Part shown: piece after piece, positions 1-12,901 of the stretch
Position numbering within the stretch: the first letter of the stretch is position 1
Layout: every line of letters begins with the position of its first letter
DNA from: Priapulus caudatus
Taxonomy: Eukaryota
Reading direction: 5' to 3'
DNA: 20,000 bases
NCBI RefSeq assembly: GCF_000485595.1
Contig: NW_014577085.1
Location: 125,022-145,021 of the forward strand
Translations under genes and position numbers: made by a program
Notes under the pieces: model-generated
Told to the model about the DNA's origin: nothing
Database searches by the model: none
The model's input: only the letters and a program-made list of their open reading frames with translations

Positions 1-243
1 ATCACCACCACCATCACCAACACCACCATTACCACCATCAGCATCATCACCACCACCACCATCACCATCCCCACCATCACCATCACCATCACCATTACCA
101 CCATCCCCATCACAACCATCACCAACATCACCAACACCATCACCATCACCATCACCACCATCCCCACCATCACCACTATCCCCACCATCACCACCACCAC
201 CACCACCACCACCACCACCAACACCACCATCACCACAATCACC
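1..243. repeat. Degenerate (ACC/ATC)n trinucleotide low-complexity tract, running off the left edge
   Basis: Almost entirely ACC/ATC/AAC/CCC triplets in one phase. Confidence 0.95.
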
Positions 244-376
244 AACAGCAGCAGCAGCAGCAGTACCAGCAGCAACAAGTAGTAGCAGCGATGGCAGTAG
301 CAGCACCCGCAGCAGTAGTAGTAGCAGCAGCAAGAGCAGTAGCAATCGCAGTAGTCGCAGTAACAGCGGCATCAGT

Positions 377-416
<40 letters not shown>

Positions 417-463
417 CCAGCAACACCACCACCAGTAGCAGCAGTAGCAACAACAGCAGCAGT
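244..463. repeat. Degenerate (AGC/AGT/AAC)n trinucleotide tract
   Basis: Runs of GCA/GTA/ACA triplets, with a pure (GCA)n run at about 381-416. Confidence 0.95.
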
Positions 464-3400
464 GTATGGGGGGTTTACTACCACACGCTGTGGCCGCGCG
501 AAGTGTGCTTGGAAACACGAGCGAGTTGTTGACTTACGGCGGAGTGCTCGATCTCGACATAGGTGGCAGAGCGCTCGCTGAATGACAGACGGGCGCGCAT
601 CATGCCGAGATGCCAGATGTACGTGTCACTGCGCACACACACACACAGGGAGACAGAGAGAGAACAAACTGAACGCGTCGTTGACCAAGGTGCCTCCCAT
701 CTAACGGCGGATCGCGTTTCGGGAAAACACGAACCGTTTACATTACAAGTTGCCCTCGCGTGGCCCTTCCGTGTGTAAATCTTAGGCGCAGATCAAAACA
801 ACGCGGTAGCCACGTAGTGTGCTGCTTTCTTATTACACATTTTTCAAACGCAAGTATCCCTAGGTAGTACCTATGCTGTGTTGCCATCGAATTTTCTCCT
901 TAATCTTCCTTGATCATAGGATCCATAGGATTCATATCGTCCTATCATTAGGTCAAAGTTCAGAACACAGTTCGGTTAAATGCTTTCAATTTTTAATTAC
1001 CTGAACATTTACACTAACATTCACACTAAAATAGTTTACGTCTTTAACGTAACTTTTAATAGCTATTTACTATTATTTTATTATTTTACTAAATTCATAA
1101 CGCAACATGCTATCATACGAAACGCATAAACCAACATATTTTTGCAGATGATTAACATAAAGAATGCATACTAATTGCACCCTCACATGTCGGCAGGATC
1201 CCATAGGCTGCCGAAAGAATTCCCCACAGTAACTGCCAGTGCACCACAAGTTCCTACGGTTACACTTTTTCATATCGTAATTCACGCAACAGACTGCCGG
1301 TCATTTAGCGGCAGGTATGCAGATTTAATTAAGTCCGAGTAACAACGATCGTAAATGGAGTATAGCCAATAATTCGAAAAGTCGACAGCAATCCCTCGCC
1401 AGACACGGCGCACATGAATCTCCCCGTTCGTAACGCCATCATCGCGCAACAGTCTCAAGCCGGCCTGTCTGCATATATCGCCTGATTGAATCAACACCTC
1501 GGAATCTCGGGCAGATATTCTCAGCATTAATCATTCACGACTGGCAGCGCCGTGATTGAAAGAGGCGGTGTCTACAACCCTCTCCATAATTAATACCTGC
1601 GTTCGGCGTTGAACAGCGGCAGCGTAAATGCACACTGCTTTACTTCAAGTAATCTCTCTGCGGGCGCGATCGCCGTGCCAACTGTTCTCATCGGAGGCTG
1701 ATGAACGCCCCACGAGCTGATAGGCAGCAGCGGGAGGGATTCACGACTAACGACACGCTACGACAAAAAACACCGTTACATACGTAAACTTCGCATGCAT
1801 GCGAATCTTAAATAGAAATCTTAGCAGAATGTTCTCTAGCTGAGATACGGCGGATTCTGACGAAGATGGATAGGATTCCGAGCGAAACGAGAGATATCCA
1901 GATGAGAAGTGCTGCTTAAGAACTTGTGAGGTGGCATACAACATGAACCGAGATGCGTATGAGCAAGCGATATGCTCAGCACTGTGCGTGACACACCTTG
2001 TTTACTTTTAGCGACGTATTGTAGTCTGAAGAACACAATGATTAGTGCACAGATGCAGCGAGTGCAATGTTGATGAGGTAATGATGAAATGTATGAAAGT
2101 TAACGATTGAATGATAGCGATATCCCGATTTCTGCATGCAATGCGTTTACGTGTTTATCATACATATATATATTACTGTCGTCATTTACTGAATTTTCAA
2201 GATTACAGTATGATCCGGCTATAAATTAGAAAATAAATATCTTAGAATATTAATAGGCTTTCCAAGCTATCTCCTAAGCAGTTAGCGTGACGTGCAGTTT
2301 AGAACGACAAAATAACAGCCCCGCAACCCTTCATCAACAAGCGCGTGATATACGTATCCTTCAAATAAGATGAACCGCCATGGTTAGCACCACCTACTTT
2401 TGGGTGCCAACAATCAAGGTTGCAGTGGACGGGCAGATAAGGAGAAGCGGGGATGAATTCGTCACTCTCCCACTCTCTCGCGCTCTCTTATTTCTCTCAC
2501 TCTCTCACTGAAAGCGCCTCATCGAAATCTCCAGTTAAGCTTTATCCAAGAACTCACAAGGAAATGAAACAGAATGCCCACGTATTACGTGGAGACGCAA
2601 GGTTGAAGCGGATGAGGTGGCAAACCAGACCTGGCATGAAATGATCTGGAAAGGCCCGTATAAAACAGAGTGCGAGGAGAGTAGACGTCGATGGCCTATG
2701 CTCCCCTAGGCGCGATGGGTAAATAAATAAGTTAGTGCAGATTATTGGAAGCCGGCAACGCTAGAGAAACGATTCGAGAGTGAGAAAGACGTTGGAAGAT
2801 GATAATTCCTGCCCGCAGGGAGGGAATATCAACTTGTTCCTCAACATCCTAATGGCTTACGTAAGTTTTGTGAAGACCTTCGTGCCATCGCTTAACACCG
2901 TGTTGAGCCCACACTCGATTAACACATGCCGAGAGACGACTATAGGCACTTACACGAAGTCCTCGCCAAATGGAAAGCGCGGGTCGTTAAAAACGCTCGT
3001 GTTCGGGATAGAAGCTATTAGCGAGTTTGAACAGCGAGGAAACGAGCAGCTCGCGGCCATACACACATACACAACCTGCTATCCTATTAGATAGCCGGTC
3101 GCCATGCAACTGTGTTTGCTTCAGATTTAGCCAGACGTACCCGCGTGTTTGCCGATTGGTTTTGAGAACGCAAGGAAGAGACAATGGTACGGGGATGCGA
3201 TACGGCCGTGAGCAACACCTCCCTGTCATTCTAAATGCGGACGGCAAACAGATAATATCGTCGTTTATTCTGCGTCTGTTCGGCCGAGGCGGGGCCGCGG
3301 CGCGAACAAATTGACCTTCCCATGGCGCTGGGAGAGATCCGCGCGCGGGCTCGTGATTTATAAGATGTGCGACGGGCGCGTTTTGTTTCGAGATAATTTA

Positions 3401-4640
3401 CGGTGCCGTTGCACTTTCTTAATTGGCACGGCGTGTCCGTAATGGTCGTCGTCTACCTGGGATGGTGTATTGTTCCAACATCGCATCAATTATGTTAGCG
3501 ACAACGCAAGGACAGGTAGCGATCGGGGTGCTGGTCCGACACGCCTATAGCATGAGAGATGACCTAATCATGGACTCGCGTTATACAGTGAACAAGTATG
3601 TAGCGATTGTCATCTCTACTAGCGAGTAATTAATCAGGCAGTATTCAGTGGTGCTACAGGTTAAGGACCGAATGAATGAGTGCAAAGATTGAGCAGTAAG
3701 GGTAGATGGCAGTTGGTGGGGGGGCGCACAATTCCCCGAAAATGCATAAAGCGTGGAGCGTGAACAGCCCTATAACCTATCCACTGAACTTTCATCAATT
3801 CGGCGACCTCTCAGAATAAAGCGAAAATCTTAATGGCGGCCATATCTCAAGTTCTTAACTATGCATCACATGCCGTAAAAAGGCACATCACAATGGTGAA
3901 TACACGGGCCAGTAGTTCCCATGCGACCATCACCATTTCCTTAAACGCATGCCAGATAAAGAGAGCACTAACAACATGCAAACCAATTTTTTAACAGACA
4001 CAAAGGTGTGCACATGGGCGACTGGTTCGTATAAAAGGTGTGTGGGCCCGCTGCACACACCATCATCATGATTTCATCCGGTCGCTTTCTAGATGAGCAA
4101 AGCAACTGCGCCGCGAGCATGCATAATAATTTAAATAAAAAACGTTAAAATGAAAGGGTGTTCGGCGAGAGACGGATGCACACCGTGCGGTGTTGATGCT
4201 GTGTAATAATCAGCGATCGCATGGATATGCCACGTACGCACGACGATGGTCGGTACACAAACGCGTGCGAATATCACACGCAGTCGAGAGCGTATCGTGT
4301 AGACGCAGGATGCGCGCACCTTCTGAAGTCTACCCGTATAGACAAACCTGTATAGCGCACACACGACGTGTTGCAATTACGCCGTGAAAAGACCACCATT
4401 CTGCTCTCAACTCCTTCAGGCGGATGCGCGCGGCCCCCGCGCAGGCACACGTGTTTACTCTCGCAAATACGCGCCATTATGGGGAGGTGGCTATCCCTGA
4501 GCGGCGGCGGCGGCGGGGGGACGTGACTGCGACACGACTACCGCGGCTGAAGCGCAGCGCCGCCAAAATGAAGTCGTTGTGCCTGATGAAAAGGCGCGCC
4601 GTCACCGACGTGCCCGGCAGAATGCGGGAGTAGGAGGGCG

Positions 4641-4678
4641 CGCCCGCCCGCCCGCACGCCCGCACGCACGCACGCACG
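4641..4678. repeat. (CCCG)n grading into (CACG)n tetranucleotide repeat
   Basis: cgcccgcccgcccgcacgcccgcacgcacgcacgcacg; a short (GGC)n lies upstream at about 4501-4517. Confidence 0.85.
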
Positions 4679-5235
4679 GTGACAGGCCCTTCTGAAAGAT
4701 AAAGGCGTGCCGACTACACTCGCGGTGATGGGCGAAAGCCAGTCCGTATAGGTTCCCGCCTATACCACATATTTAGATATATGGGGAGAAGTAGTCGAGC
4801 ATGTGAACCACGGTGAGGGATGCGTAAGGCCCTATGCTGTACTTTAATATCTTAACCACAGACAGATGGAATAGCGGAAGATGTGACTGCAGCCATTTTT
4901 TTCGGTTTATATACAAGATGAGGAATTCTCAATCGACGGAACACGGACCTAAAAACTAACTTCTTATACACGTAACACATCCCTGTTATCATTCATTATT
5001 AGTATTGCAATAAATAAAATACAATAAAATCAATGATCAAACTCGTGTCCGGCTTCACAGCACATCTCCCTACAGGAGGAAATATGCATGCTGGCAACCA
5101 CTTGCAGGGCAGGAGACCATGATCATAATTATTTACACTGACATGATATACGCGACCAAGGTTAAGTGCACTATAACAACAATTTCTCCTCCGTGGCAGA
5201 TCGAGGGCCGCTAACTCAACATGTATACATATCAA

Positions 5236-5236
<1 letters not shown>

Positions 5237-5288
<52 letters not shown>

Positions 5289-5306
5289 TATATATATATA
5301 TATATA
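5237..5306. repeat. (TA)n microsatellite with one interruption
   Basis: TA run interrupted once (ttaa near 5283). Confidence 0.98.
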
Positions 5307-6100
5307 GACGAGCGATGATGGGAGAATTCCGCACCAGGGTCTGGTTAACGTCGTCGGAAAGCAGTGGCTACACAACCTGTTATTACTTACAACTATACAC
5401 AGCCAGCCTTAAGGTGGGCTAACGTCAGTAGGAAATTGCGCTCAATGACTAGCACGTGTGGAATGCAATCAGATGCATCCCGCAGCAGCCCGCTTCTAAG
5501 ACAAACGGCGGCCATGTTAGCAGGGGCTTACACGCTGTGTCATCGCCGGACACGCGGCATTACGTAACCACGACAGGACTTCGCACAGGTTACAAATAGT
5601 TCCGTGTCGCTCGTCGGCGCCCATGAAGAATAACAGGAAGTCATACACGCACGCATGCCGCCCGCGCGCAGCGCGCGTACAGCGCGATCAACGACAATTC
5701 TCTTCTGCCTTATCTGATCGTATTTTGCTGCCCGCTCCAGTTTCAAAAATACCGCGGCTCGCCAAATCGCAAGAGAGCATGTGAAGATGTTGTTTTAGTG
5801 CGAGTAAATACATTTCTGGTTATAAGCTCGTCAGCAATAATCACACACTCTCCTCGATTTATGTCGACATTCAACATCTGTATGAGCATTGAGCAACGTC
5901 GACCTCGCCGCTGTCATCGTTCGTTCGCATCGAGTCACTAATCAAGAAGGATGGCTTTACATTAAAGACGAACGAAATCTTTACGAGAGTGCACGTCGTT
6001 ACGGGGCAATAACTGACACTTGGCGCCCGCTAATAGACGTTTAGAGGCGGCATTACAGCCAATCGCTCCCGTCCTGTTGACTTTTCCCGCCGAACCATCT

Positions 6101-6250
6101 GCACACACACACTCTCTCTCCACACACCTCACTCCATACTCTCTCCTCTCACACACCACCACACACCCCTCACACGCACGCACGCACACACGCACGCACA
6201 CACGCACGCACGCACGCACGCACGCAGGCACACACACACACACACACACA
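6101..6250. repeat. Compound (CA)n/(CT)n/(CACG)n microsatellite
   Basis: Read directly; it generates the overlapping RACV/HT pseudo-ORFs. Confidence 0.95.
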
Positions 6251-6530
6251 AACGTCTCTGCGAGTTAAGTGCGTCTAGCGGTAAATGCAGGCACGCGGGC
6301 AGCAATTCAAACTGCAGACGCGCACGGTCTCGGCGACTAATTGCGCCGAGTGGTAATGTAGGCAACAACTTCCACGAGAAGACACGACTTTTTTACTTAG
6401 CAGGCGCGATTACTAGTCGTTAAGCGAGAGAGCGAGTCGTATACGCGCGCGAGTGCTGCCGTAAACGTTAATGGCGAGGCAAGTCCGAATTCCGACAATC
6501 GCACGCCGGGGATAAAGCACCCGGCGGCCA

Positions 6531-6595
6531 ACACTCCACACACACACGCGTACACTCACGAACGCACACACATACACACACGCACGCACACACAC
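6531..6595. repeat. Degenerate (CA)n/(CACG)n tract
   Basis: Read directly. Confidence 0.85.
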
Positions 6596-9170
6596 GGCCT
6601 TCAAATCCGTGGCCTCCAGGCATTAATCGCTAATTTTAATAAGCACAACACAACATCAACTGTATCGAACCGAGGATCGGGCGGCGCGGGGATAATGCAC
6701 GTCCACGTACAGTGCACAGGTACGTATATACGTATATGGACGAGGGGGCGTCTGAATGGCAAGCATGCCGATAGCGTCTCAAATCAGACACGCAGATCTG
6801 GCTAACTAAATCTCTCAATAGCTGGTGTTCGTACGTGCTCCACATCGTAAATATCGTGTGCGCGTCGATTCAGAGGCGATGGTCACGGTTGCAGCCTACG
6901 CCTGAGATACGAGAACGACGCACACACACCACAGCAACGAACTGCTAAATATTTATGACGCGCGTAAAATATAATGTGCTGATTTTAGAATAGATAGCAG
7001 GCCGCTTTACTGACGCAATTTTTTCCACTGTATTACGTCTTCATCTGTCACCCCACTGCCCACGCAATCTCAGGATATACCCACGTGCACTACCTAATAT
7101 GCTGTAATATGATGAATATACGTGTTTACTGCGTATTCCTTGGTAACAGACATGGCGAGGTGTGATTTGATATATTGCAGGATACGGTGCCGTCGACGCG
7201 TCACATAGTAACCTATAGCAGGAGGGGTAGACTAGTATGGAAAAGGCTCGTACTACACACAACGAGCATTCGACAAAGAGACGGAGAACCCAAAGCTACT
7301 ACGGCGTTGCCAGCAGGTAGAACACATGCGCAAGCAGAGCACAGAAAAGAAACGGCGAGAATGCTTAGCACACCTGATCTTTATTTTCTCGTTACGGCCC
7401 GGAAAGCCAGGATGTGGCCAATGCCACGGACCATGTGCCCGCAGTTGCACCGACGCGGACAATTCAGCATGTCCTATTATGATATTCATCTCCATCATGC
7501 CACGGTACAACGCTAATAGTGGCAGATGTTGATAGCTTACCTGGCGTCCAAACAGGTTTCGAGTGCCATCGTATGGGCATCTATAGCATCGCCTTAACAA
7601 GCTACGAGGCCTGGCTGAAAGAGTTGCGACGATTTGCATTTATCATTGTCGCGTTGGAGCAACGACGAGTCTCATTATACGTCGTCTTTAACTCGTTAAT
7701 AAGCCGAATAGCCAGTAGTGCTTGCTTGCGTGCGTGTGTGCGTGCGGGCATCTGTGCTAAACGCCTGAAGCCGTGATTTATAAGCCCACTCTCAGAATAT
7801 TACTGCTGAGGATGAGGATCCTAAGAAAAAGAGTAAAAAACGAGGCGAAGAAAAACCTACATCTCCCGACCGTAGTAGACCTGTCACAGTCGGAGAAAAA
7901 GTGCAGATGCATATATGCTATTTTAATCCCGAGCAGAACGAAACCCGTGCAGCTTCTTTATGTTTTTCTTCCCATTCAGCACGTGTGATTAATTACCAGG
8001 CAGCCCCACGGCGCTATGAAACGCCACCTAGCAGCTAGCTGGTCGTTAAGATGCAGACGAAGAGCGCGGCGCTGCGAGCAGCACGACAAAAAAACATTCG
8101 AGGAAAAAAATGGCCACCATTTAACAGAACAGGTGTGACATTCTTCAAATGAACTACTCCTAATTGGCTCGCAATTTTCACTCTCGACAGGACTTAAAAA
8201 ATGAAGGGTCCATCATCTCCCTTTCGAGTTCTCCTCGCATTGGCGCAAAAAAACGTTTCTAATGCCTTAATGGTCATGAATCACACGCAGAGGATAATAT
8301 CACTAAGAAATGCTAGCGCGAGCTAGGGTGCGCGGACACGCGGACCTGGGAACCGTGTGCACACACAGACAGAGACGCGTCGGCTATTAGTGTAACAAAG
8401 ACGCTGCGAGACATAATAGCAGTCGGCTCCTTGCCGCCTGACAAACAGGATCTCGCGAAGAGGCAGGCTTACTCACACCGCCATCAGGCGCGGAGAAACT
8501 CTCGCATTGTCTGTTTACGACCGCGTGCGATTCGCGTCTTTTTTCATCGGCACTATGCACAATATTCCTGAAAATAACTCGTATAAGCGGCCAAAAATCG
8601 ATAACTGGACCAAGCTGCCTATATTTATACATATATGTGTGTGTATGTGTGTGTGGTTCAGGTCACAATGCCCACCGAAGTTGACACTGAAACAAACTAA
8701 AGCGGGTGTAATAATTCATTGTTCTAGAAACTGTACGGCTGCGTGCTTATAGATTTGATTTTGATAGAAACTTAGTCATGCAAGAGAGCGTGTGTAACGG
8801 AGCTGCGTCGATATGTAGAGTAGGTAATTACAGAATTACAGAAAACTATCATTGGTAAAGTAATCTTCGGATGTTTGTTGGGAAGAACACCGGGGTGGAA
8901 GCTCTCAGAATACAGGAAGTACGCATGTGAAATCTACACGTGAGTATAGAACGTGATTGGTAAAGTCCATTTCAATATTATACGGTTAACCCGACACCTT
9001 GGTGACAGCCTAAGCACGTGCAGACTGAATGGTCTTGCACATGCAGGAAATAAGATGACGTCACCCAGCAGTTGTATATATACGACACACCTCGGAAGAG
9101 GAAAGGGTTGGTCGTTGGTTGTGTCGTTCTCTCGCTGTGTACGCACGCATACCGACGAGGTTGAAAGAAA

Positions 9171-9230
9171 AGACAGACGGACTGAAAGACTGACTGACGG
9201 ACTCAGAGACTGACGGACGGACAGACGGGA
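9171..9230. repeat. Degenerate (GACT/GACG/GACA)n tetranucleotide repeat
   Basis: agacagacggactgaaagactgactgacggactcagagactgacggacggacagacgg. Confidence 0.85.
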
Positions 9231-9868
9231 AGAAATATATATATTGGTAACACACTTATCTGGACTCTTTGCCACGATTGTACTGTGGCTGACAATAAAA
9301 TTACTATGCGTGGAAAACTTCACTCATCGAGTTGTGTTTGATCATTGATGTTACCTCCGCCACGACGCTGCATCAAACACAGAGCATTACCTGACATCTC
9401 CTTCAAGCTTCACCGCAAACACGAAACAAGCAGAACAGTTAGTAACACAACGCAAGAAGAATAACAATATCTAACCTACGATCACGTGCCTACATACAGT
9501 CGGGCCTCTCTCGACGTATCACACTGAACTGGGAAAAGTAATCACCAAAATTACACGTGCACCTGGGTACTACATATGACACCGGATGACATGTCAATAT
9601 ACGTTAACAAAAAATTGACCATCAGTTACAACCGATATCGGATATAATTTACGAGTATTATTATTTTTAGGCCATATTTAAGCATTCTTTGCATTTTCGG
9701 TAGAATATTGTTATGATTTCCCTGGTGTTATTGCGCTCTGCATGATTTCAGCTGTCACATACAGAATGTAGAATAATAAGCTTACAGTATGCTTGAATAT
9801 TCCTGTGAAATATAAGCAAATAATAAGAGTTAACAATGCCTTTTTAAGATATTTAATATACATTATAT

Positions 9869-9956
9869 CAGGAGCGTATAATGACAAATATATGTCATTA
9901 TATTTGTCACGTATTTGTCATTATATTTGTCACGTATTTGTCATTATACGCTCCTG
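9869..9956. mobile_element. Palindromic MITE-like element, copy 1 (CAGGAG...CTCCTG), with an internal 23-bp tandem expansion
   Basis: Perfect 24-bp inverted repeat 9867-9890 / 9935-9958 (atcaggagcgtataatgacaaata). Direct repeat ATTATAT at 9862-9868 and 9957-9963. Interior 23-bp unit tatttgtcattatatttgtcacg at 9889-9911 (one mismatch) and 9912-9934. The structure is seen directly; mobility is inferred. Confidence 0.75.
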
Positions 9957-10020
9957 ATTATATGCGTAGTTAAAAACGTAATGTTACAGCTATTATTAAT
10001 GACGTAAGATTAACAAGATG

Positions 10021-10130
10021 TATGCGTGACTAGGTGTAATGTGTCCGTAATTAGGTGTAAAATTTACGTAACAAGGTGTAACATGTGCGTAGCCCGGAGT
10101 GACATGCGCGTAACTAGGTGTAACTAGGTG
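10021..10130. repeat. Degenerate 21-bp tandem repeat, 5 units
   Basis: Units start at 10021, 10042, 10063, 10084 and 10105; consensus about tgtgcgtaactaggtgtaaca. Confidence 0.85.
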
Positions 10131-10975
10131 CGCAGACGAGAGCCGCCGCCCCACGTGCAGGCTGTGGTCGTTTCCTTTATGCACATAAACATAACTCGCC
10201 ACCATATATATATATAATAACCGTTTCAAACGGCCGCCTATACACAGGTACACACATATCTTCACAATCCGCATCTGCTATTTCGCAAAGAAACTCGTTT
10301 TGTGAAAGCCTCTACGAGAGTGAAAATTAGCGCAATGCTCACAATCACACGCCTGATTTCACGGGCATAAGGAGAAGGCGCTACAATTCGCGCAGTGTGC
10401 AAAAATCGGTCAGATGTCGGCGGGGACCGCGAGCTAAATGTCCGCCACAGCCACCCGGTGACCCTTTCCTTCCTTTCCTTCACATCGAATCATAAAGGAT
10501 TACCGGCACCTCCTCCCCAACTACATCGGTATATACATACTGGCGACCGATCGGGAAGCAATTCCTATACAACGCCAACACGCCACAGAAAAAACGCAGC
10601 CCATCGTAAAAAAAATTCACTGTCATCCTTCCCCAATTACAGTCCCGACGAAAACCCTCCCGAGGATTGGCAGTTAGAGATGAACAATGGCGGAATCGCG
10701 GCCGGACCCCCTCCCGGCATCCCCAGCACCGCTCCTCCCTGTTCGAGCACAGACGACCGACCACGAGGCCAGATGATATTATCACGCTGCTTACCTGGTC
10801 AAATTACCTAGCAGCCAATACTGCTATATCGAGTTTTCACTGCCATGTCGGTACAACCCCTACAGAGCTCTGTTCTAGTATAAATCAATGCTCGCCCACC
10901 ACGAGCTCACCGCGTATATAACGCGCAGCATCACAGCCGCGCCGCACGCTATATCGTAATCTACCTGCATTGTAT

Positions 10976-11060
10976 CAGGAGTTAATAAAGACAAAATTGT
11001 CTTTATTAACTTTGTCTTTATTAACTTTGTCTTCATTAACTTTGTCTTTATTAATTCCTG
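10976..11060. mobile_element. Palindromic MITE-like element, copy 2, with four 15-bp tandem copies of the right arm
   Basis: Inverted repeat 10974-10995 / 11041-11062 (21/22 match). Flanks ATTGTAT (10969-10975) and ATTGTAC (11061-11067). Unit tttgtctttattaac at 10996, 11011, 11026 and 11041. Confidence 0.75.
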
Positions 11061-11162
11061 ATTGTACGAGAGCGTGTTACCGCCGATTCAGTATGACCGT
11101 CGCCGCGGCTTTCTGTCGAGGTGACAGTAATGCGGCTGAAACAGTGAGCTGCGGTAGATAGC

Positions 11163-11168
11163 TGTCGT

Positions 11169-11220
<52 letters not shown>

Positions 11221-11250
11221 GTGTGCGTGCGACGGGCANNNNNNNNNNTG

Positions 11251-11336
<86 letters not shown>

Positions 11337-11360
11337 GTGCGTGTGTGTGCGTGCACGGGC
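11163..11360. repeat. (GT)n microsatellite, present on both sides of an assembly gap
   Basis: GT runs at about 11167-11230 and 11253-11354. Confidence 0.97.
11239..11248. other. Assembly gap (10 N)
   Basis: Ten N characters. Confidence 1.
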
Positions 11361-12901
11361 GACATGACACGGCCGCCGGCTGAGCGGACGCGCCGCTCCG
11401 GCCGCATTATAGCAACGCCACGCGATTCGCATGCACGCCGTGAATTATTCATCGCGTCTCTCGTCACACCGACCAAACACAAAAGCAGGCAGCGGCGTGC
11501 TTCCATGCACCGCTCGCAGCTCCACCGCTGCAGGGGAGAGGAGGTGCATGGCGCGCATCACAATATGCAAATTTAATTTGCTTTTTAACATTTTACTTGA
11601 CGCTAATCTGCGCGTTAATATTTAATTTTGAATAAAGCGCACGCATGCGCACCGTCCGCTGAACACCGCGATTGAATGTACAATCAGCTTTACTGATAGG
11701 ATATCGTGAATACCTGCGTACGCAAAGTAGTAGTGCAAACACTGCCGCTCGCTGCCAGTGACGGCGTAACTACTTTACGTAAATACGGCTTGATACAAAT
11801 GTGAACGTTGACGGCTCGCGCACACCTTCACTATAATAATTCCGCAGTTACCGCGCTGGGCATTACCTTCATTTCCCAGTAAACAATTTCCATGAACTTT
11901 TTGAGTAAAATATCGCCGAAGGAAAGCGCGTGTCTCCCCCCCCCCTCTCTCTCTCTCTCTCACGCACGCACCCTTCGGGCTATGAGGTCTATTTTAAAGG
12001 TTGTGACTTTTCAGGCCGCGGCGTGCGGACGACAGCGTGCGCGTGCTTAGTGTACACATACACACGCGCTCGCGAGAGAGAGAGATTCCGGTAGTAGTCC
12101 CCACGTACGCCTCCCTATCGAATATCTCCACTCAACAGGTTATCAGATGAATCACGTAGTAGCAGACAACCGACGTGCGTACATGTACGTACTACTGAGA
12201 ATTCTCCAGACGGGCGTGCTCGTCGCTCAGCTGCATGCTTTTGTATGCGAGCAACATTCATGTCTACTAGAATCTCTCTCTCTCGCTCTCTCGTGTGTGC
12301 TCGATAGGAAGAAACAGGTTTGCTACGCCATTATCCAACAATTAAAGTTGGAACTGCGCCAGCAAATATCGTTTGCTTCCCCGGGTAACCTCTGGCCGCA
12401 CCTGTGGCGGATTAAATTTATTTCCAGCTCCGAACAACCTGATTCTCGGAGCAGCGAAGTCGGTAGCTCGGACATCTTGCAATAAAGTAAAACGCCGCGC
12501 GACTAGACGCTAGTATAACAAGTTTGAATCGTGCACCGACTCAACTCTCGCATTGATCAGCCGCCTAGAAAGACAACAGTAATCAAGCAGCTCAGAGCGA
12601 GGAGCGTCTTACACGAGCGCAGCAGCAGCATGGCCGTTAAACTCGCTAGTCGTCACCAGCGACTGATGATGATCACTCGAAGGATTTCGCTGACGCCGAA
12701 AAAAAGAAAACTTATATACGGGCGACGTATAACTGCCATAGGAGAGAGAAGAATAAAAGATGTAATCAAAAAGCGCACGAAACGAAAAGCGATGATGTCT
12801 CGTTTGTAATCACGATAGTCTAATAACCAATGTTACATGTTTCACAGATCATATGTGATGTTGCCTGCACATCACGGCAGCCCTAACCAAACACAAAATG
12901 A

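Noticed and set aside
3..581. Open frame reading poly-His, poly-Gln, then poly-Ala/Val (includes ORF 291-581)
   Set aside because: Stop-free frames are expected in ACC/AGC triplet repeats, and no recognisable domain follows. RNA-seq would be needed to rescue it.
7517..7578. Weak A-box/B-box-like motifs suggesting a tRNA or SINE remnant
   Set aside because: Both boxes are imperfect, I cannot fold a cloverleaf, and there is no second copy or tail.
10395..10811. 138-aa ORF with a Pro/Gly-rich patch
   Set aside because: No domain resemblance; the patch follows from local C-richness.
9889..11055. CRISPR-like reading of the short repeats
   Set aside because: Units are directly tandem with no unique spacers, no cas genes are present, and the context is eukaryote-like.
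9869..11060. Copies 1 and 2 as the ends of one 1.2-kb composite transposon
   Set aside because: Each copy is self-contained with its own distinct flanking duplication, and the arm variants differ.
10970..11161. ORF with LSLLT repeats
   Set aside because: Simply the translation of the 15-bp array in palindrome copy 2.
11051..11576. HT/CV dipeptide-repeat ORFs
   Set aside because: Translations of the (GT)n microsatellite across an N gap.
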